Shown piece by piece: positions 53,792 through 62,670 of a stretch of 64,000 nucleotides of DNA (within the stretch, counting starts at the first letter, position 1; each line of letters opens with the position of its first letter). The stretch is from a virus, in the IMG/VR virus record IMGVR_UViG_3300045988_127492, positions 1 to 64,000 of that record. One strand, 5' to 3'. Under the pieces are notes generated by a model. It did no database searches. It was not told where the DNA came from and worked only from the letters and a program-made list of their open reading frames with translations. The position numbers were made by a program, and so were the translations under genes.

Positions 53792-54534
53792 ACTTTTTCC
53801 TTTTCAAATAATTTCTCAATGCCAGTTACATTGTTACCATGATTCATAGTCTTAGCTAGCTCTTTCTGCCACAGAACTTTCCATTCATCTGGTGCTTGAT
53901 ATTCACTTACTAGGACTATATTTTTTTCACTCATCAATTCAGCCCATGACCAAAACCTGTCATAATCAAAATTTAATGATGTATTGTATTGCTTGGTCCC
54001 TTTATAAGGAATATCACAATAAAACAGACAATTTTCATAGCCTGTATAAAGTTCTTCATAATCCCCAGAAGCAAAATCTATTCCTGAAAGGGTTGGTATT
54101 TGCTTTATAAAATTTCTCTTAGCTTCATCGTAATAATTTCTTTTACTTCTACCATCTAAAAATCCTTGACCATTAAAGCCACCATCATAAAATCTCCCAG
54201 AGTAACTTGCAAAGAAACCTATTACACCTATATACCACTGGGGATAATCAGTAAAATCAGCAGCATAATAAGCTTTTCTACAATCACTGTATAAATCTTT
54301 TGTCACTACATTGGGGAGGTCAGAAAGATGTTCTCTATTTTTGAAAAGTTCTATAAGATATGGATTGTTGTCAGATGCAATTTTTTTATCACACTTAATC
54401 TTATCAATAATATTACAGCCACCACAAAATGGCTCTATATACGTTGTAATCTCATTTTTATCTATTTTATCTTGAATAATTGGAACTATGTCTTTTGCTA
54501 TTCTGGACTTACTGCCCATATATTTCAAATTCAT
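53776..54534 (-). CDS. dam: N6-adenine DNA methyltransferase (Dam/D12 class)
   Basis: N-terminal KYMGSKSRIAKDI. Motif I EPFCGGCN. Motif IV DIPY (DPPY variant). Confidence 0.75.
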   Translation of the reverse strand: MNLKYMGSKSRIAKDIVPIIQDKIDKNEITTYIEPFCGGCNIIDKIKCDKKIASDNNPYLIELFKNREHLSDLPNVVTKDLYSDCRKAYYAADFTDYPQWYIGVIGFFASYSGRFYDGGFNGQGFLDGRSKRNYYDEAKRNFIKQIPTLSGIDFASGDYEELYTGYENCLFYCDIPYKGTKQYNTSLNFDYDRFWSWAELMSEKNIVLVSEYQAPDEWKVLWQKELAKTMNHGNNVTGIEKLFEKEKVCQNI

Positions 54535-54620
54535 TTACCAGAAAGTGACATGTCCTTAGTGCGCACCTAACTTTTATCCTTTCTGTTTAAATATTTATTA
54601 ATTTGTCATCGTAATCTGTT

Positions 54621-54809
54621 TTATGATTCTCTTGAATCGGTTCCCTTTTTAAATCCAAAGAAAGAAACATTCTCTTTAAATATATAATCGTCATTGATGT
54701 AGTAACATGGATGTTCTTTTGTCCTAATAAAAAAGCATTCCTCTTGTGTTAACTCGCAACAATTGAACAAGTAACTCTCTCTGTAATAATCACAATTGAG
54801 ACAATCCAT
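54621..54809 (-). CDS. Small Cys-rich protein (62 aa)
   Basis: CLNC...CC...C...C pattern. Sits within the operon. Confidence 0.4.
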   Translation of the reverse strand: MDCLNCDYYRESYLFNCCELTQEECFFIRTKEHPCYYINDDYIFKENVSFFGFKKGTDSRES

Positions 54810-54813
54810 TAAA

Positions 54814-55074
54814 TCACTGTCCTATCATTTCTTTAGTAATTTCTTTATATATTGGTCTACTTCCACTTTTATATTTATTTGATTGTAAAATTTCTAAGAT
54901 TAATTCCTCTTTATCTGCATTAAACCCCACTGTAAATTTAGAAAACAGTATACCTCCTGGCACCCAAAACGGAGGGCTAATTTTTACTGATTTAACACTT
55001 TTTAATCTTTTAATACAGTCATGGTATGAATATAGTGGGTTCACTTGATAATACTTTCTATTTCTCCAATCCAC
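54814..55074 (-). CDS. Hypothetical protein (86 aa)
   Basis: Tightly packed in the early operon. Confidence 0.4.
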   Translation of the reverse strand: MDWRNRKYYQVNPLYSYHDCIKRLKSVKSVKISPPFWVPGGILFSKFTVGFNADKEELILEILQSNKYKSGSRPIYKEITKEMIGQ

Positions 55075-55075
55075 T

Positions 55076-55567
55076 TTATCTTCTAAACTCCTCTGCTAAG
55101 ATTTCAAATTCCACATCATCATGTAATTTTCCATCCATTAATTTACATATTTGTCTGTGATAAGCACATTCTCTGCCACCATGTTTCTTAATGAAATTCC
55201 TATATCCACGAATAGCAGGATTGTCGGCTACACAGCTCCAACATAATCTATTCAAATGGTACTTCTCGAAAATATCATATATGACCTGATATAAATCTTT
55301 AGCGAATAACATATTACCTTTATCAAAACTGATTGCACCAAAACGATCGGCACTCATTGTTACAAAGCTAACAGAATATGAAATATATCCTAATATATTG
55401 CCGTCTTCATCAACAGAAACAAAATGGTGAGAATCATAATTATTATCTGGAATATCTGGTTCCCCAGTTCCGGCCCAGCCAGAATAATACATATACTCTT
55501 CGTTATACCAAGTTTCTATATACTTCTTTTTTATTTCTTCTCTATATAGTTGTGCTGGTTTAATCAT
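55076..55567 (-). CDS. GNAT-like acetyltransferase candidate
   Basis: ATG 55567 after GAGGAG. The C-terminal pattern ...LCWSCVADNPAIRGYRNFIKKHGG...DGKLHDDVEFEIL resembles RimJ/RimL-type GNAT proteins. Confidence 0.4.
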   Translation of the reverse strand: MIKPAQLYREEIKKKYIETWYNEEYMYYSGWAGTGEPDIPDNNYDSHHFVSVDEDGNILGYISYSVSFVTMSADRFGAISFDKGNMLFAKDLYQVIYDIFEKYHLNRLCWSCVADNPAIRGYRNFIKKHGGRECAYHRQICKLMDGKLHDDVEFEILAEEFRR

Positions 55568-55568
55568 G

Positions 55569-55838
55569 TTAATACTCCTCATAGTCAGTCTCATCACTGA
55601 TATTCAATTTATACTTTTCAGCTTCATGCACTTTATTTAGAGCAACTTTTCTACTATCAAATACAACCTCTCCTACGGTGTCAAACCCTAAAAGATACGC
55701 ATGTTTATCTCTTTTGTCTATACCTACAAAGTAGGTGTCTGCGACTGTACGGACAGTCAAGTCACAGACATCATAAACACCTACTGTAGGAAAGATTTTA
55801 GTATAATAGAGTTTGTCACCTTTCTCTATTATCTTCAT
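55569..55838 (-). CDS. Hypothetical protein (89 aa)
   Basis: Its start overlaps the nrdJ stop. Confidence 0.4.
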   Translation of the reverse strand: MKIIEKGDKLYYTKIFPTVGVYDVCDLTVRTVADTYFVGIDKRDKHAYLLGFDTVGEVVFDSRKVALNKVHEAEKYKLNISDETDYEEY

Positions 55839-57631
55839 TAGTCACATTTACTCCATCCACAATTTTTACAAGTGTTACAACCACCTTCAAAAACTAATTC
55901 TCCTCCACACTGAGGACATTTAGCTTTAGAAATAGGCATAATCTTAGGTGTAACAACTTCTGATTCTTTCTCTTCAACATCTGGATATCCTACTTCATCC
56001 ATCATTTCTTCATACATTTCAAGGAGAGCATTTCCAATAGCTACAGGACAACTACTTCCTTTAGATGTATCATGTTTAGTAGCAGTTCTTACCGCATATG
56101 ATGGACAAGTACCAGAAGATTTCAACTGATCTACAATAGAATAAACATCAATTCCACCTCTAGCAGCTAATGAAATCATTCTTGATAACCCAATCATGAA
56201 ATTGTTACATCCACCGGAGGAACCTTTACTAAAATAAGTTTCAAGTAACTGTCCATTGTCAGGATCAAAGAATGCTTCACAATGGAGTGTTCCACAACCT
56301 GTTCTAAGAGTTCGTTTCTTACCTACACAATTGTCATCTGCTTTGATAATCATTCCTCTTTCTAAAGAATGAGGTGTTTCAACAGATTCTTCTGTATCAT
56401 TCTTAATAGTAAGAATACCAGCTCTCTTACATCCATCTCTAAAAATGGTCACACCCTTTAGTCCAGCATCCCACGCTGTCATATACAGATCTTCTACCTG
56501 TTCAACTGTAAAATCATTTGGAACATTGACAGTAGAACTAATAGAAGCGTCAATATGTGACTGCCAGATACTCTGCATATAAATTCTGTTTTTATAGTCA
56601 AGTGTTTGAGCTGTTACAAAATAATCTGGTAATTCTAAATCGTCTTTCAGTCCATGTTCGTCCATATATTTCTTTACAATTGGTGTGTATACTTTGTAGT
56701 ATTCATCATGACCTTTAAGGGATTCTGTTTTACGAGTGTAATAATTTGCAAAGATAGGCTCAATACCACCAGACACACCAAGCATTGTTGAAAGTGATCC
56801 GGTTGGTGCAATAGTAAGCAACTGAGAGTTTCTAAGTCCAAAAGACTCAACTAACTCTTTTGTCTTTCCTAAGGCATTCTTACTATAAAATGCAGACTGC
56901 TCAACAGCTTCTGGCTTATATTTTGGATACGGGCCATATGTTTTAGCTAATATAGCAGAAGTTCTAATAGCCGTATCTGCCATTGTATGACCAATCATGT
57001 CACAAAGATCAATAGCTTCTGGACTGCCATATTTGATACCTAATTTAATAAGCAAATCAGCAAGTCCAAAGATTCCAAGCCCAATCTGTCTCCAATCATA
57101 CACTGATTGTCTTTGCTCTTTCAGTGGATGAAGCGGTAGCCCCTCATCTAATACTTCATTAAGAGCAATTACCGATTCTTTCACGCAATATTTAAAGCTA
57201 TTAAAATCAAAGCCTGTATCACATGTAAATTCTGATAAATTGATGCTACCTAAAAGGCACGAACCTCCCGCTGGCAACGGCTCTTCTGCACAAGGATTAG
57301 TTCCTGCATACTCAAACTCATCATCACAGCTAAGTAAGTTCCAGTTATTGATTCTATCCCAGAAAAGCATTCCAGGTTCAGCATAATCCCAGTTCATTTC
57401 GCACATTTTATGAAACATTTCATATGCATCAATCTCTTTAGTAATTGTTTCACCAGTCTCTAATCTGGTGAATGAAAGTGTAAATGGAGTTCTATTCTTT
57501 ACTGCCGCCATAAATTTGTCTGTAATTCTGATAGAGATATTAGCTTTTGTAACTCTATCAAGGTCTGATTTAATTCCAATAAATTCTTCTAAATCTGGAT
57601 GCTCGCAAGATAAACTGAGCATCAAAGCCCC
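55838..57631 (-). CDS. nrdJ: Class II (B12-dependent) ribonucleotide reductase, exon 2
   Basis: GALMLSLSCEHPDLEEFI...NPCAEEPLPAGGSCLLGSINL... is the RNR catalytic core. C-terminal zinc ribbon CPQCGG...CNTCKNCG. Confidence 0.85.
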   Translation of the reverse strand, partial: GALMLSLSCEHPDLEEFIGIKSDLDRVTKANISIRITDKFMAAVKNRTPFTLSFTRLETGETITKEIDAYEMFHKMCEMNWDYAEPGMLFWDRINNWNLLSCDDEFEYAGTNPCAEEPLPAGGSCLLGSINLSEFTCDTGFDFNSFKYCVKESVIALNEVLDEGLPLHPLKEQRQSVYDWRQIGLGIFGLADLLIKLGIKYGSPEAIDLCDMIGHTMADTAIRTSAILAKTYGPYPKYKPEAVEQSAFYSKNALGKTKELVESFGLRNSQLLTIAPTGSLSTMLGVSGGIEPIFANYYTRKTESLKGHDEYYKVYTPIVKKYMDEHGLKDDLELPDYFVTAQTLDYKNRIYMQSIWQSHIDASISSTVNVPNDFTVEQVEDLYMTAWDAGLKGVTIFRDGCKRAGILTIKNDTEESVETPHSLERGMIIKADDNCVGKKRTLRTGCGTLHCEAFFDPDNGQLLETYFSKGSSGGCNNFMIGLSRMISLAARGGIDVYSIVDQLKSSGTCPSYAVRTATKHDTSKGSSCPVAIGNALLEMYEEMMDEVGYPDVEEKESEVVTPKIMPISKAKCPQCGGELVFEGGCNTCKNCGWSKCD

Positions 57632-58606
57632 CATTTATGGACTATCTCTTAATTAATTTAAAAATCAATCTTGGATACTATTGCGGTTATTAAGAAAACT
57701 TGCATTTTCTCCGCTAGTCTCTACACCTTCCTACTCTGTAGGCTCGGCACGGTATTATTAAGCAATACGCTTACCTTCACCGTTTTCTTCCAATTCAAGA
57801 CGCAGGGCTTTATATTTTAAATACTTTCGTTTTAATATGATAAATGATTCATTTGGGTAAATATATTCTAGAAATGTTAAGACATCGGATAAATTTGCAA
57901 ATTCTAAGACATAACACTTTTCGTTTCCTTTTGGACGAAGTGTTGTAGAAATATTAAGTTTTTTAATTAAATACTGTTGAACCCCTTCTAATATTTTTAA
58001 TTGTGATGTAAAACTTATTTTTTGCCATAGTCTATTTTTATCTTTTCTACGACCAAAGGTTAAACATCCATCTGCATCAAAGAGTCCTTGTATCAAATAT
58101 CTCTCCAAATCATCCCTTACTCTAGGATAATGTCTATCTACTTTTAATCTTCCACCTGTAAATTTTAATATATCTACAATCTTTTTTTGTAATCTCGCTC
58201 TAGGAAATCTTCTTGTCTTTTTATCAACGGTATGATCATAATTAATATTAGCTTGTAAAATTTTTGATATATATTCTACAATTTCTTTATCATTCATCGT
58301 TGTTGATATTTCAACCGAGTTTTTTTCATCAATTGCTGCGTCAGCAAGTATAAATCCTAATATATATGCCTTTTCTTTTGTGTCAATCTTTTCAAACTTA
58401 TAACTATCATATTTTCTATATTTGGATTTATCATTTAACCCATATTTAGAAATCCAATATGATATAGTTCTGTGATTTAATCCACAATCTTTTTCAATTT
58501 GTCGTGTTGACATTCCTTTATTTAAACATTTTTCCAAATAATCTTTATTCATATGTATTTACTCCTTCTACTTTTACGCATTTCGATGGATAGCATTTAA
58601 TCATTT
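57632..58606 (-). mobile_element. Group I intron in nrdJ, with a LAGLIDADG endonuclease gene
   Basis: On the minus strand, exon 1 ends ...AGA CGT (U) and the intron ends ...CATAAATG (G = complement of 57632). Ligation gives GQSGRR|GALM at the conserved RNR motif. R-like GTAGAGACTAGCGG (rc of 57711-57724) and S-like AAGAGATAGTCCA (rc of 57638-57650) share the GACTA/TAGTC P7 pairing. P1 support is weak (ACGT/GCGT only). Confidence 0.8.
57758..58552 (-). CDS. LAGLIDADG homing endonuclease (double motif) with N-terminal HTH
   Basis: AYILGFILADAAI and YLIQGLFDADGCL. Own RBS (GAAGGAG). Starts about 55 nt after the 5' splice site. Confidence 0.85.
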   Translation of the reverse strand: MNKDYLEKCLNKGMSTRQIEKDCGLNHRTISYWISKYGLNDKSKYRKYDSYKFEKIDTKEKAYILGFILADAAIDEKNSVEISTTMNDKEIVEYISKILQANINYDHTVDKKTRRFPRARLQKKIVDILKFTGGRLKVDRHYPRVRDDLERYLIQGLFDADGCLTFGRRKDKNRLWQKISFTSQLKILEGVQQYLIKKLNISTTLRPKGNEKCYVLEFANLSDVLTFLEYIYPNESFIILKRKYLKYKALRLELEENGEGKRIA

Positions 58607-59056
58607 ACGTCTTCCGCTCTGTCCGATTAGACCAGTAACCATAGAATATAAATCCATAAATGAGACAGAGCCAGTTGTTTCTTTAGCAGCATTATTTACT
58701 CTTGCTCCCCTAGGAGAAAGCTTACTAATATCTACACCGCAACCGCCACCATAACTATATGTACGTGCCAGTTTCTTAGCACAATCAAAGATACTCTCAA
58801 TGTTGTCTTCAGGTGGCTCAATCACATAACAGTTGCTGAGACTAATCTTACGTCCTTTATTTTCAAGACCTCTATTAGCAAGAATACGTCCACCGAATAA
58901 GAACTTTTTCTCTCTAATTAACTGAGCAATTGTTGTATTGCCACCAGACACACGAGAAATCCACTCATCAAAGGTTTCGTTGTTAGATCTGTATTTTCCT
59001 TCCCAGATATCTTTTCCTAACTGATTGTCTTTTCCTAACCATTCCTGTACTGTCAT
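58607..59056 (-). CDS. nrdJ: Class II ribonucleotide reductase, exon 1
   Basis: ATG 59056 lies 7 nt after AAGGAG; an alternative ATG is at 59062. ...FLFGGRILANRG...SNCYV...GGGCGVDIS.LSPRGA... A stop follows one codon after the splice site. Confidence 0.85.
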
Positions 59057-59067
59057 ACACATTCTCC

Positions 59068-59493
59068 TTAATCATAATAATTAACAATATAATCAATAGC
59101 TTCATTTAATGTCTCAAATACTACGTCGCAATCATCTGGAAGCCATTCATATACATTTTGTTTACCAAAACCAATAATAGGGATTTCTCTATCAACGGCA
59201 TACTGTAATTCCTGTCCAGTTCCAACAGAATTTTCAGTATCATTTAGATTCACTAGAATTAAATCGCAATTCGAAATAAGATACTTTGTGTAGAATGTTT
59301 TAGTTTGTTTACCACTCACACTATTTCCTGTACCTCTAGGGAAATACTGTGTTGGATCGTATAATTTGAATCTAATATCATCTAAATACTTTTCTGCTAG
59401 GATAAACTCTTTTAGTGCATTACCTCTCCAATTAACACCTAAATCAGGAAGTCCCTTACAAGCTCCAGCCAAGTATATTTTTAACTCTTTCAT
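59068..59493 (-). CDS. Nucleoside 2-deoxyribosyltransferase-like protein
   Basis: KIYLAGACKG N-terminus and ...SVGTGQELQYA... resemble the NDT-family Rossmann-like motifs (YLAG ... G...ElG.A). Confidence 0.4.
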   Translation of the reverse strand: MKELKIYLAGACKGLPDLGVNWRGNALKEFILAEKYLDDIRFKLYDPTQYFPRGTGNSVSGKQTKTFYTKYLISNCDLILVNLNDTENSVGTGQELQYAVDREIPIIGFGKQNVYEWLPDDCDVVFETLNEAIDYIVNYYD

Positions 59494-59494
59494 C

Positions 59495-59731
59495 CTACTC
59501 CTCCATCATATATTTAAGAAATAAAGCTACATCATCCGGATTCTCACAACGAAGTTCTAAGGTATCTAATAACATGTCGCCTGACTGCACTAAAGCAGTC
59601 AAAACAAATCTGCATAGCTGACTATTAAGCACGATGTTGTCACCTTCCGGTGAAATAATATCTACTCTTCCTTTACACTGATCTACTACTTTAAAAAATG
59701 CATCAAAATCTTTAATTCGATTGATTTTCAT
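59495..59731 (-). CDS. Hypothetical protein (78 aa)
   Basis: Operon-coupled, with no clear motif. Confidence 0.4.
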   Translation of the reverse strand: MKINRIKDFDAFFKVVDQCKGRVDIISPEGDNIVLNSQLCRFVLTALVQSGDMLLDTLELRCENPDDVALFLKYMMEE

Positions 59732-59924
59732 TTGTGTCCTCCTTATCTTCTATATATAACTGGTACTCATTTTCTGGACAGCAAGCCGCTTTATACAGTG
59801 TTGCCATAGAGAAAACTTCATCCGGTTTGAATCTATCTATTTCTTTATACCTATAACAAGTTTCTTTCTTATCACATTCCACCGGATTTCCAGTACAAAA
59901 AGTAATATCATGACTAAAACCCAT
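59712..59924 (-). CDS. Small Cys-rich protein (70 aa)
   Basis: C..(8)..C...C ... CC pattern. Confidence 0.4.
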   Translation of the reverse strand: MGFSHDITFCTGNPVECDKKETCYRYKEIDRFKPDEVFSMATLYKAACCPENEYQLYIEDKEDTNENQSN

Positions 59925-60219
59925 AACCCATCTCCTTCAACTTTTTAAACCACTTTTGTAATTTTTCTTCCGTATATAAAAAATCATTATCTTGTAACCA
60001 CTTAACAAAATATTCTTCACTATGAAAGCAATTAGTACATCCATAAGAATAACTTGTATGTTCAAATGGAAGACTGGTGTATATACATTCATATATGTTT
60101 TCTCTGCGAAATTCTAACCCACACTTTTTACACTCTCTCCAGAATATGGGTTTTATTTTCTTTACTCGTATAGATTTCAAATACTTTTGTATTTCAACTT
60201 TCCTTGAATCCCTTTTCAT
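59914..60219 (-). CDS. Zinc-ribbon protein (101 aa)
   Basis: CKKCG ... CTNCFH. Confidence 0.4.
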   Translation of the reverse strand: MKRDSRKVEIQKYLKSIRVKKIKPIFWRECKKCGLEFRRENIYECIYTSLPFEHTSYSYGCTNCFHSEEYFVKWLQDNDFLYTEEKLQKWFKKLKEMGYGF

Positions 60220-60404
60220 AAGATGTCTCCAATCGGTTCGTTGATAAATTTATCAATTGATCTATAGTCCTTAAGCATCGCAATTGCTCTGCTTAAAATA
60301 CCCTCTATTTCACAATATCGAGCGCTATCAGCAATATCTGATAATCTATCAATCACCTGCGTAACTGTCATATTCCTATATGATGGCTCTTTGTATTCGT
60401 CCAT
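60216..60404 (-). CDS. Hypothetical protein (62 aa)
   Basis: Overlapping stop and start with its neighbour. Confidence 0.4.
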   Translation of the reverse strand: MDEYKEPSYRNMTVTQVIDRLSDIADSARYCEIEGILSRAIAMLKDYRSIDKFINEPIGDIL

Positions 60405-60415
60405 TTCTGTACCTC

Positions 60416-62662
60416 CTAAAAATCAAATTTTTTGTTACATAATTCATCTAAATCATCCATAAGATAAGTCTGTCTATGGATAATTTGTTCTTTAGTAATT
60501 GCATATTGTAAAGCCTTAGTCTGAGCACATAATATAAATTTTTTGCTGGCTCTAGTAATCATGGTATATAGAAGTTCTTTGTTGAGCATAATAAACATTG
60601 AAAAGTCTATCCCGCCAATAACCGTATCAAACTGACTTCCTTGGGCTGAATGACAAGTTATTGCATATCCAAGTTCTATATAAGGAGCATGTGATTTAGG
60701 CACTTCTACATAGCCAATTCCTTGAAAATCTATCAGAATATAATCATCTTTTATATCTTTTATGATGCCTAAGTTCCCATTAAAGATATCTACAACTGAG
60801 CCATCAGAATTAATTATCTGATACTTGTTCAGCTTATTTATAACTTTATCTCCTACTTTTAGAGTCCATTGAACTACTCCGCTTTTCATGATTTTATATT
60901 GTTTTTTTGATTTGGGGTTGTATATCTGTTGAGCTATATGATTTAAAGAAGCTACTGAAGATACTCCCTGTTTACAGGGAACAATGATTTGTACGTCCAG
61001 AATTGACTTGATATGTTTAATTTCTTCTTTAAAATACTTCACTATGTTGTGATATGTATTAGATTTATCAGTATAGCAATTGAGTATCATGTCCTGGAGT
61101 TCTCCTCTAGTTTCTTCTCCAGTCCATCCATTAGCAGTTAATTGTTTTCCTTGTCTTACTCGAATACTTTCGGTAATAATAGCTGATTTCTGAGCTTGTC
61201 TATGAATTTTATCAAGGAAGATTGATGAGATATATTTGGATTCAAGCATGTCTGCGGCTACTGCACAACTACCGATAGATTCTAGTTGTCCAACATCACC
61301 AATAAAGATTACTTTTGTTCCAGTAGCACACGCTTTTAGTAACTGTTTAAAGATATATCCATCAATCATGGACATTTCATCTACAACAATTATGTCGTAT
61401 TCCAGTGGATCTGACTCATAATTAAAAGGTGTTCTTGGATCACCGTATCTAAGTTTCAATAACTTATGAATGGTCTGACTTTCTTTACCAGAGGCTTCAC
61501 TAATTCTAGCGGCAGCTCTACCAGCTAAAGCAACTGTTACACTTTCATAATCTTGTAAAATAGTAAGAATGCCATCAATAATACTTGTTTTACCAGTTCC
61601 TCCGTAGCCGGAGATACAACATATTTGATTGTCAAGTACCATCTTGATGCCTTCAATTTGTTGCTCTGTATATTTCCAACCTTGAGCTCTTTCTTTCTTT
61701 TTTATTATTTCTTTCCAGTTTGAATACTGAAATTTATTCGGAGCATTTTTAAGTCTCATTAAATGCTCTGCAATCGAATATTCGAGGTCATAATACCATT
61801 TTAATCCGATTTTAGTTTTATCTTTATTCCATACGATTGTCCCAGAATCTTTTAGGTCATGCATCGCTTCTGCAATATTTAAATCAGGTACATCTTCACC
61901 GATTTTATCTATCAATTCCTGCATAACTTCTTCTGAATAGCTAAAGGATTTTCCATTCTCACCTTGAGCTCTTAAGAATAACTTAATACAAGTTTTTATA
62001 CGGTCTGTACCATAAGGATCAGCTCCATTCTGTAATGCAATATCATCTGCTGTTTTCCAACCGATTCCTCTTATAATCGTCAAATCATACGGATGATTTT
62101 TAACAACGTCAACAGCTCTATCAACGTCTTCATGATAATATTCAATAATTTTCTCTATTAATCTGTCACTGATAGAATATCTAGCTAGGTCTATATATGC
62201 TTTATGTTTATCATAGGTATCATTAAATTTTTCAATCCACCTAGTAGCTACACTTGGTCCGCATCCTTTTATCTTTGTAAGTTCTTCAATATTGCCTTCT
62301 TTTAAGGCTAAATATGGATTATCTAAGGTTTCGTACATTCTCTGTACATATGCAGGAAACAACTTACAAAGAATATATTTTTGACCTCTAATATCAGTTT
62401 CTGCCAAGTCATTATTCATAGAACATTCAAGGATATTTATCTGTTCGCCCCATGTGGAGCTATAATCCATTTCACCTTTTATGTCATAAACTTTTCCCAT
62501 AATAGGGGTATAGATATTGCCTTTTATACAGTATCTCATGCCTTTTGTCAGATTTCCTATAGATACATCTCTCACTGTTGCATAAAATATACCCCAGTGA
62601 GAAGATTCACTATAGTACTTTTGTTCTTCTAAAAGACCTTTGAACTGTACTTGTTCAATCAC
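60416..62662 (-). CDS. RecD-like SF1B DNA helicase
   Basis: Walker A ISGYGGTGKTS, Walker B IIVVDEMSMID, FIGDVGQLESIG, and C-terminal AITCHSAQGSQFD. HhH-like region in the N-terminal half. Confidence 0.8.
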   Translation of the reverse strand: MIEQVQFKGLLEEQKYYSESSHWGIFYATVRDVSIGNLTKGMRYCIKGNIYTPIMGKVYDIKGEMDYSSTWGEQINILECSMNNDLAETDIRGQKYILCKLFPAYVQRMYETLDNPYLALKEGNIEELTKIKGCGPSVATRWIEKFNDTYDKHKAYIDLARYSISDRLIEKIIEYYHEDVDRAVDVVKNHPYDLTIIRGIGWKTADDIALQNGADPYGTDRIKTCIKLFLRAQGENGKSFSYSEEVMQELIDKIGEDVPDLNIAEAMHDLKDSGTIVWNKDKTKIGLKWYYDLEYSIAEHLMRLKNAPNKFQYSNWKEIIKKKERAQGWKYTEQQIEGIKMVLDNQICCISGYGGTGKTSIIDGILTILQDYESVTVALAGRAAARISEASGKESQTIHKLLKLRYGDPRTPFNYESDPLEYDIIVVDEMSMIDGYIFKQLLKACATGTKVIFIGDVGQLESIGSCAVAADMLESKYISSIFLDKIHRQAQKSAIITESIRVRQGKQLTANGWTGEETRGELQDMILNCYTDKSNTYHNIVKYFKEEIKHIKSILDVQIIVPCKQGVSSVASLNHIAQQIYNPKSKKQYKIMKSGVVQWTLKVGDKVINKLNKYQIINSDGSVVDIFNGNLGIIKDIKDDYILIDFQGIGYVEVPKSHAPYIELGYAITCHSAQGSQFDTVIGGIDFSMFIMLNKELLYTMITRASKKFILCAQTKALQYAITKEQIIHRQTYLMDDLDELCNKKFDF

Positions 62663-62670
62663 GGTCTCTA

